A DNA stretch of 24,000 nt from Undibacterium umbellatum (GTDB lineage: Bacteria; Pseudomonadota; Gammaproteobacteria; Burkholderiales; Burkholderiaceae_D). Below are positions 17,922 through 24,000 of the stretch, in pieces; the first letter of the stretch is position 1; every line of letters starts with the position of its first letter. The translations under genes were made by a program, and so were the position numbers. Location: positions 135,875 to 159,874 of the forward strand of contig NZ_JACOFX010000013.1 of assembly GCF_014284125.1 (NCBI RefSeq), read 5' to 3'. The notes beneath the pieces were generated by a model. That model worked only from the letters and a program-made list of their open reading frames with translations, did not search any database and was not told where the DNA came from.

Positions 17922-17935
17922 TCGACCATGGTCGA
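17922..17935. promoter_or_regulatory. 14-bp perfect palindrome TCGACCATGGTCGA just upstream of mltD (function unknown)
   Basis: TCGACCA (17922-17928) and TGGTCGA (17929-17935) are exact reverse complements with no spacer, ending 18 nt before the ATG at 17954. A possible sigma70 promoter lies upstream: TTGACG (17871-17876), 18 nt, TACACT (17895-17900). Confidence 0.3.
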
Positions 17936-17953
17936 TTAGACAATTAATTGCCT

Positions 17954-19495
17954 ATGAAACGATTCCGACTTAACGCACCAAGCATATTGACCGCCGCTTT
18001 ACTAGCTAGCCTGGCTCCTCGAATGTGTCTTGCCGATGCCCCCGCTCCTGTTTTCGCCCTGGTCTCTGCACCAGAAACCACCAACTCAGCACAAGTTACC
18101 GCCAGTCAAGCAGTCAATCTGGAATTACCCGCTGACGTAGCCAATTTTGATTACACCGATAAAACAACAGATCTGTGGGAGCGAGTACGCGCAGGTTATG
18201 CCATACCCGATCTGGAAAACCAGCTGGTGGCAAATCAACTGGCCTGGTATGGCACACGCACAGAATATATTTTGCGTACAGTGCAACGAGGCTCCCGCTA
18301 CCTCTATCATGTAGTGGAAGAGCTTGAAAAGCGCGGCATGCCGACTGAACTGGCCCTGCTACCATTCATAGAATCTGCATTTAATCCACAAGCGATTTCC
18401 ACTGCTAAGGCAACTGGCATGTGGCAATTCATGGCGGCGACAGGTCGGGACTTCAACCTCAAGCAAACCATGTTCAAGGATGACAGACGTGGTGTGCTGG
18501 ACTCCACCGATGCCGCCCTGAATTATCTGGAAAAACTGTATGGCATGTTCGGCGACTGGCAGCTGGCGCTGGCAGCCTACAACTGGGGCGAAGGATCAGT
18601 CCAGCGCGCGATCAAGAAACAACAGGCACTGGGCTTGCCGATAGACTTCCAGAGTCTGTCCGTGCATATGCCAAATGAAACTAAAAACTACCTGCCAAAG
18701 CTGCAGGCCGTCAAAAACATCATAGGCAATCCAGAGCAATTCAATCTAGCCCTGCCCAAGCTGAATAATCAACCCTACTTTGTCAGTGTTGAAAAGACCC
18801 GCGATATTGATGTACGTGTTGCAGCGCAACTGGCTGAGTTGCCCATGGATGAATTTACAGCACTGAATCCGCAATTCAGCCGCCCCGTCATTGCTGGCGG
18901 AAGTAACACCAAGATCCTGCTACCCACCGACAATGCTGCCCTGTTCAAAGAAAATCTGAATAAGTGGCAAGGCCCGCTTTCGAGCTGGTCTGCCCATACT
19001 GTTCAAAAGACCGAGCGCGTTGAAGCACTAGCGACCAAACTGGGACTCAAACCTGAAGTTGTGCGCGAAGTGAATTTCATTCCGGCAAAAATGATGGTCA
19101 AGGCAGGCTCGACCTTGCTGGTGCCAAAATCCTCGAAAACTCCAGACCATGACATCTCGTTGGAAATCGCAGAAAAAGCGCAGCTCGTCATAGAAAAAAA
19201 TTCGACCCGCCAGGTCAGCTACAAGGTCAGCAAACACGATAACCTGGCTGGTATTGCCAAGCGCTTCCGCGTCAGCGTCGCAGAGTTAAAATCCTGGAAT
19301 CAACTGAAACGTGACAGTGTTGCCAATGGCCAGACCTTGCGTATACAAACTCCTGTCGTCACGCGAGTAAATCAGACCAGCATCCTGGCAAGCACCCGTC
19401 GTGCAACAGCGCCCAAAATTGTTCGTCACACAGCCACACCGACACGCAATGGTAAAACCATCGTAGCAAACCTGAAGGCAACACGCTTCAAATAG
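17954..19495 (+). CDS. mltD: membrane-bound lytic murein transglycosylase D-like protein (SLT domain plus C-terminal LysM repeats)
   Basis: The track ORF starts at a TTG (17948). An ATG at 17954 gives MKRFRLNAPSILTAALLASLAPRMCLA/DAP, a signal peptide without a canonical lipobox. The SLT catalytic region is LPFIESAFNPQAISTAKATGMWQFM ... AAYNWGEG. A LysM-like repeat is YKVSKHDNLAGIAKRFRVSVAELKSWNQL, and one or two more degenerate copies lie upstream of it. Confidence 0.88.
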   Translation: MKRFRLNAPSILTAALLASLAPRMCLADAPAPVFALVSAPETTNSAQVTASQAVNLELPADVANFDYTDKTTDLWERVRAGYAIPDLENQLVANQLAWYGTRTEYILRTVQRGSRYLYHVVEELEKRGMPTELALLPFIESAFNPQAISTAKATGMWQFMAATGRDFNLKQTMFKDDRRGVLDSTDAALNYLEKLYGMFGDWQLALAAYNWGEGSVQRAIKKQQALGLPIDFQSLSVHMPNETKNYLPKLQAVKNIIGNPEQFNLALPKLNNQPYFVSVEKTRDIDVRVAAQLAELPMDEFTALNPQFSRPVIAGGSNTKILLPTDNAALFKENLNKWQGPLSSWSAHTVQKTERVEALATKLGLKPEVVREVNFIPAKMMVKAGSTLLVPKSSKTPDHDISLEIAEKAQLVIEKNSTRQVSYKVSKHDNLAGIAKRFRVSVAELKSWNQLKRDSVANGQTLRIQTPVVTRVNQTSILASTRRATAPKIVRHTATPTRNGKTIVANLKATRFK

Positions 19496-19526
19496 CAGTC
19501 TTCTAGTTTTGTGCAGCACCAATAAG

Positions 19527-19560
19527 AAAAGGGGTTCCAATTTACATTGGAACCCCTTTT
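19527..19560. terminator. bidirectional rho-independent terminator
   Basis: AAAAGGGGTTCCAAT (19527-19541) and ATTGGAACCCCTTTT (19546-19560) form a perfect 15-bp stem with a 4-nt loop (TTAC). An A-run on the left and a T-run on the right give a U-tract on either strand. It lies between the convergent mltD stop (19495) and ompW stop (19579). Confidence 0.9.
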
Positions 19561-19578
19561 TACTTCTGAAGCAGCTTC

Positions 19579-20250
19579 TTAGAAACTGTAGCCCAGTGCC
19601 ACGCAATAAACAACAGGACGGAAATCGATCGTCGTTTTACGTTCGATACTGCCAGTCGTCGCCGTCATGTCAGTTTTGACTTTGGCAGCTGCGATAGTGC
19701 CAGTGACCGACCAGCGTTCATTGAACTGATATTTTACGCCCATCTGACCAGCCAGACCTATCGAATCCTTCAAATCAATCTTGGTTGGTCCACCGGTTGC
19801 AATATTACCTATCGCAGTCGACTTCGCATCGAAGAACTGTGTGTAATTCAAACCAAGGCCTACAAAAGGACGCCAGCTATCAGTCGGCTTACCAAAACTG
19901 TAATTAACGAATAAAGTAGGTGCACGTTGTTTTACTTTGGAAATCACTCCGTAAGGCGCTAAAGTGCCGCGACCTACTACTTCGTGTTCTGGCGGGATAC
20001 CCGCAACGAAATCTAATTCAAAATGATCATTGATACGGCGAGAGTAGCCCAAAGCCAGCGTGTTTGCGTTCTGAACCACCAAACCGGCTGGTTGTGGTGT
20101 CAGGAATGCGGGGCCATTGCTGGTAAAATCAGGTGATTCAGAATGCACCTGTACATTGATGAAACCGGCACGCACTGTATTTTCATAGGCATGCGCGGAG
20201 AGACAAGCCAGGCCGAACAAGGCACTGACGGCGAAATGAATTTTTTTCAT
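19579..20250 (-). CDS. ompW: OmpW-family outer-membrane beta-barrel protein
   Basis: 223 aa. The signal peptide is MKKIHFAVSALFGLACLSAHA/YE. The sequence shows an alternating beta-strand pattern and OmpW-like blocks (FVGLGLNYTQFFD, WSVTGTIAAAKVKTD). The C-terminus ALGYSF ends in Phe. GAGAGGA lies upstream of the ATG. The gene starts 14 nt after the stop of the upstream hydrolase gene. Confidence 0.85.
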   Translation of the reverse strand: MKKIHFAVSALFGLACLSAHAYENTVRAGFINVQVHSESPDFTSNGPAFLTPQPAGLVVQNANTLALGYSRRINDHFELDFVAGIPPEHEVVGRGTLAPYGVISKVKQRAPTLFVNYSFGKPTDSWRPFVGLGLNYTQFFDAKSTAIGNIATGGPTKIDLKDSIGLAGQMGVKYQFNERWSVTGTIAAAKVKTDMTATTGSIERKTTIDFRPVVYCVALGYSF

Positions 20251-20264
20251 GATGGCATCCTCTC

Positions 20265-21791
20265 TTATTTAGCCAAAACTTGCTGGAAGAAGGCGCGGGA
20301 TGCGGCGTGACAGAACGGTGGAACCAGGGTGCCGTGATAAACAGCAGCAACCGCTGCTGCCGGGTCCTGCTTGGCAGCTAAGGCTGCATTAATCGTAGCT
20401 GTTTTGCTTTGACCAAACCCTACTTTTGCTGCGGCAAATGGATCAGCAGCACTCGTAGGCGAAGAATCCACATCCAGCACCGTCAACGCTGCTGCAGGCA
20501 AACCCTTGGCCTGGAAGAAGCCTGCTGTTGCCTGGGTGCTTGCAAAGAAGACCGTAGGGTCAGCATTACCGCCGCACAGGAAGACCGGCACATTAGGAAC
20601 ATAATTGCGCAAATCATTTTTCACGCCAGCCTTGCGGAAAGGATTGGCAGGCGTGCAGCTCAAAGGATCAGCTGGATTGACGTTACAAGGATTTTTCTGC
20701 GCATCGGCTAAATAAGCATTGCGATAGCTGGATTTGATCAGATTGCCGTCGCCAAAAAAAGCGCCGAATGCTGGAGAAGATGGGCCTGGCAATGAGTCCT
20801 TGGCAAACATCGCATATGCTGGCAACTTGCCGGTAGTGAACAATTCATTGAAAGTCAAAGCGCCTGGCAACAGAGACTCTATACCAGCAGCATATTTGTC
20901 TTCAAAGACTTCATTCGGACTAGTGTACAGACCACCATAGGATTTTTGCCAGCTGGATGTCAACAAAGGCAGGAACACTGTACCGCCTGCGTTGGGACTA
21001 CCTGCAAAAGTTGCATCACCCAACAAGGACATTGCATAAGGACCGGACATGCCAGCCAATGCAGCTACCTTGAACTCTGATGCGTAGGTTGTTTGCATGG
21101 CGCGTTGGGTAGCCATGGCCACATGACCGCCCTGAGAATAACCACTGACCACCAGCTTGCCAGAATCCTGTGCGCCGATCGTAGCGAAAGCCTTACGTGC
21201 AGCACGCAGGGAATCAACCATATCATTGGCTTGTTGCTCTGCATTCAGGTAAGGATGATATGTCAGTGCAGAAGTGTCATAACCGGCATAATTAGGAGCA
21301 ACGACGATGAAACCTTGCGCTGCGTACATGGCGGCCAACAAAGTAGACTCTGAGTTATCCCGTAGGTTTGCCATATTGAAGGATTTTTCTACTGTCGTCC
21401 CATGCGCATACAGAATGACAGGACGTGGGCCGGTACATGCTGGATCGCTGCCAGAAGGCACCATGATGGCACCGGTCGCGTCTGTCATTTCATTCGCACC
21501 GCCGACGGTGATGTACTTCATGTAATAAGTACTGATTTCGCATTTTGGCGCACCGGTAAGCTGTGTCAGACCAGGTTTGGCTGCATCCAGAGAAGCTTTG
21601 AAAACGACAGGGTCAAGCTTGGTCAATGCCGGGCCACTAGCCTGGGGGATAGGCACCAATACTGGTGGGTTGGCGACCAGCGTGCCGCGGGTAGGTGTAT
21701 TGTCGATGACTGGACCAGCACTACCGCCACCACCGCAAGCCGATAAAACGGCAGCGGACAGCAAGCCCAGCGCTACATGAATTTGACGCAT
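20265..21791 (-). CDS. lipoprotein alpha/beta hydrolase, secretory-lipase (LIP)-like
   Basis: 508 aa. The lipobox is LSAC with Cys19, followed by a GGGGS linker. The nucleophile elbow is VVSGYSQGGH (G-x-S-x-G). The candidate acid residue is in CGGNADPTV and the candidate His is in AAVYHGTLVPP. AGGAGA lies upstream of the ATG at 21791. Confidence 0.75.
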   Translation of the reverse strand: MRQIHVALGLLSAAVLSACGGGGSAGPVIDNTPTRGTLVANPPVLVPIPQASGPALTKLDPVVFKASLDAAKPGLTQLTGAPKCEISTYYMKYITVGGANEMTDATGAIMVPSGSDPACTGPRPVILYAHGTTVEKSFNMANLRDNSESTLLAAMYAAQGFIVVAPNYAGYDTSALTYHPYLNAEQQANDMVDSLRAARKAFATIGAQDSGKLVVSGYSQGGHVAMATQRAMQTTYASEFKVAALAGMSGPYAMSLLGDATFAGSPNAGGTVFLPLLTSSWQKSYGGLYTSPNEVFEDKYAAGIESLLPGALTFNELFTTGKLPAYAMFAKDSLPGPSSPAFGAFFGDGNLIKSSYRNAYLADAQKNPCNVNPADPLSCTPANPFRKAGVKNDLRNYVPNVPVFLCGGNADPTVFFASTQATAGFFQAKGLPAAALTVLDVDSSPTSAADPFAAAKVGFGQSKTATINAALAAKQDPAAAVAAVYHGTLVPPFCHAASRAFFQQVLAK

Positions 21792-22096
21792 TGTTGTCTC
21801 CTGTTAAGTATTTTTATGCAAGTCAGTAGAACCCTCATAGCCATCTTTAAAAATGGAACGAGCGTTCTAAAACTCAGCAAGTAGTATGTCATTTACGCAA
21901 TTTGCTGAATAGCTAAAACTACGCAACTAGAGTAAACACTCTTAAAAAATTTGTCTGAATTTGCCCCGGTTTTTTTCATGAGGGACAAATACAACATTCC
22001 TGAAAGTTCTGGGGAAAGATTAAATAATTTACGGCCTTTTTCCGGGCGGCAAGTATAACCTCTATTTACCAATGTGCAAGACTCAACACATAAATT

Positions 22097-24000
22097 TTAA
22101 TGGCTCGCCGCCTTTGTTTTCACGGTAGCCGGGGTCAAGACTTTCTCTGACTCATCTTGAGCAAAATACGCTTTTGCCTTTTTGCCAAAGTTATCCAGAT
22201 AAGTATAGGCGATCGGCACCACCAGCAAAGTCAGCAGCGTTGATGTGATGATGCCACCGATGACTGCTCTGCCCATGGGCGCTTGAGTCTCTGCGCCATC
22301 ACTGATACCCATGGCCATCGGCATCATGCCAAATATCATCGCCAATGTTGTCATCATGATGGGACGCAAGCGCACCTGACCAGCGGCCAGCACGGCATCA
22401 AACTGGCTCATACCCTGTTTTTGCGCCTGATTGATAAAATCAACCAGCAAAATCGCATTTTTTGTCACCAGGCCCATCAGCATGATGAAACCGATGATGG
22501 AGAAAATATTCAGGGTGCTGCCCGTAATCAACAACGCCAGCAATACACCAATCAGGGAAAAAGGTAGCGCCGTCATGATGGCCAATGGTTGCAGGAAGCT
22601 GCCAAATTGCGAAGCCAGTATCAGGTAAATGAAGATGACTGCTATGCCAAGCGCAGCCACGGCAGCACTAAACGATTCTTGCATTTCCCGGGTCTGGCCA
22701 CCAATATCAAAACGGTAGCCAGGTGGTAGTTCTATCGTTTTCACCAGATTTTGCACTTCAGTACCTACGTCGCCAGCAGGCCGTCCCTCTACGTTTGCAT
22801 AAATCGCTGCCCTGCGCTGCAAGTCCTGGCGTTTGATGACGCGCGGACTGGTGCTAGGCAAGAATTGCACCACTTGACGCAAAGGCACCATCATTGGCTT
22901 ACCATTCGCATCCAGCCTGCTACTGGCCAGTGAGAGCTCGGCCAGGTCAGAAATTTTTTGCCTGCCTGATTTAGGCAACTGCACATTGATTTCATAATTT
23001 TGCCCGTCTGGCGCCAGCCATTGGCCCAAAGTATCGCCGGCAACAAAGGGGCGCAAGGCTGCACCGATTTGCTGTACCGACAAACCCAGATCATTCGCCA
23101 ATTCATTATTGACCTTGACCAGCACCGTCGGATTGGCCCCAGTCAGGCTACTCTCCAGATCGGTAATACCTTTGATAGTCGCCATTTTTTTCATGACGCC
23201 ATCAATCACATTCTGCAATTTGTCAGCATCCGGCCCAAGTATGGCCACATAGATGGGCTTGTCAAAACCCACGGCCATTTCTATACCTGGTATGCTTTTC
23301 AAACGCTCGCGAATTTGCATCTCTATCTGTTTTTGAGATTTACGGTGAGAAACACGCTTCTCGCTGAGCTTCATATTAATTTCTGCGGCATTTCTCTCAT
23401 TCTCTACGCCGACCGAGGTATTAATGGTCTCGATATCTTTCATCTCTTTAAGAATAGCTTCAACCTGTCGGGTTTTATCGTCCGTGTATTGCAGACTGGA
23501 GCCAACCGGAGTTTTCAGACTGATGGTGATCTGACCTTCGTCCGCCGCTGGTACAAATTCAGTACCGATCAAGGGCAGCAAAAAGAAGCTGCCGATAAAC
23601 AAGGAAAATGCCAGCAACAAGGTGGTCTTACGTTTGCGTAAAACCACGTGCAATAATTTTCCATAAATCACATGTAGCTTCTCTATGCCATGCTCTATAC
23701 CATCCATGAATTTCGCCAACCAAGGCAAACGCTTGAAGCGGTTATCTTCCGGTTCGCGCCATACTGATGACAGCATGGGGTCCAGAGTAAAACTGACAAA
23801 CAGCGACACCAGCACAGCCACGGTAACCGTAATGCCAAACTGGAAAAAGAATTTACCGATCATGCCCTGCATGAAAGCCACGGGCACAAATACGGCAACA
23901 ATGGCAAAGGTAGTGGCCGTAACAGCCAGGCCAATTTCATTTGTACCGTCTTCTGCTGCCTGCTTGTGTCCTTTTCCCATTCCGAGGTGGCGTACAATGT
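22097..24000 (-). CDS. RND efflux transporter permease subunit (AcrB/HAE1-like); N-terminal part lies beyond the window
   Basis: The reading frame stays open upstream of the track Met at 23980 to the window edge. The sequence alternates transmembrane bundles ([15 protein letters not shown]..., [30 protein letters not shown]...) with a large periplasmic loop, as in the second half of RND pumps. Confidence 0.88.
   Translation of the reverse strand, partial: IVRHLGMGKGHKQAAEDGTNEIGLAVTATTFAIVAVFVPVAFMQGMIGKFFFQFGITVTVAVLVSLFVSFTLDPMLSSVWREPEDNRFKRLPWLAKFMDGIEHGIEKLHVIYGKLLHVVLRKRKTTLLLAFSLFIGSFFLLPLIGTEFVPAADEGQITISLKTPVGSSLQYTDDKTRQVEAILKEMKDIETINTSVGVENERNAAEINMKLSEKRVSHRKSQKQIEMQIRERLKSIPGIEMAVGFDKPIYVAILGPDADKLQNVIDGVMKKMATIKGITDLESSLTGANPTVLVKVNNELANDLGLSVQQIGAALRPFVAGDTLGQWLAPDGQNYEINVQLPKSGRQKISDLAELSLASSRLDANGKPMMVPLRQVVQFLPSTSPRVIKRQDLQRRAAIYANVEGRPAGDVGTEVQNLVKTIELPPGYRFDIGGQTREMQESFSAAVAALGIAVIFIYLILASQFGSFLQPLAIMTALPFSLIGVLLALLITGSTLNIFSIIGFIMLMGLVTKNAILLVDFINQAQKQGMSQFDAVLAAGQVRLRPIMMTTLAMIFGMMPMAMGISDGAETQAPMGRAVIGGIITSTLLTLLVVPIAYTYLDNFGKKAKAYFAQDESEKVLTPATVKTKAASH

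Noticed and set aside
22020-22096. A possible terminator downstream of the RND gene (GC-rich segments around CGGCCTTTTTCCGGGCGGC, and GCCCCGGTTTTTTT near 21970).
   Set aside because: I could not pair the GC-rich segments into a stem longer than 3-4 bp on either strand, so I do not call a terminator.
23000-23641. A 213-aa plus-strand ORF inside the RND permease gene.
   Set aside because: It is antisense to the periplasmic-loop coding region of a clear RND pump and has no motifs.
1-24000. A check of the whole window for CRISPR arrays, tRNA/rRNA genes, IS elements with terminal inverted repeats, integrases, toxin-antitoxin pairs or defence-system genes.
   Set aside because: I saw no spaced repeat arrays and no transposase, integrase, nuclease, helicase or ATPase-type ORFs outside the transporters. 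I saw no cloverleaf-like GC-rich RNA genes in the intergenic regions. Every substantial ORF is explained by a metabolic, envelope or transport family.

Overview
This is a chromosomal window from a Gram-negative bacterium. Gene content suggests a betaproteobacterium (Burkholderiales-like), but that is inference only. Bases 1-8724 carry a tightly packed phenylacetate (paa) catabolic operon on the minus strand, ordered paaA-B-C-D-E-G-I-K-J. paaJ runs off the left edge and is missing from the supplied ORF track. The GntR-type repressor gene paaX is divergent from paaA, and an operator-like inverted repeat overlaps the paaA promoter. Bases 9051-17585 form a block rich in hydrolases and transporters: a penicillin/AHL-acylase-family Ntn hydrolase, an ABCB-type half-transporter exporter, a VOC/glyoxalase-fold protein, a divergent TetR-MFS pair with a perfect palindromic operator candidate, and a secreted Amidohydro_3-type hydrolase. 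Bases 17954-24000 carry an MltD-like lytic transglycosylase with LysM repeats, a strong bidirectional terminator, a two-gene operon (lipoprotein alpha/beta hydrolase followed by OmpW), and the C-terminal two thirds of an RND efflux permease that runs off the right edge. I saw no tRNA or rRNA genes, CRISPR array, transposase or integrase, phage genes or recognisable defence genes. The many long ORFs antisense to these genes look like shadow ORFs. I do not see convincing evidence of a wholly new system. The best leads are (1) the acylase/amidohydrolase/exporter block next to paaX as a possible peripheral route feeding the phenylacetyl-CoA pathway or a quorum-quenching/xenobiotic module, (2) the surface hydrolase-OmpW pair, and (3) several precise operator-like palindromes. 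All functional calls rest on my reading of motifs in the translated ORFs. No database search was run.
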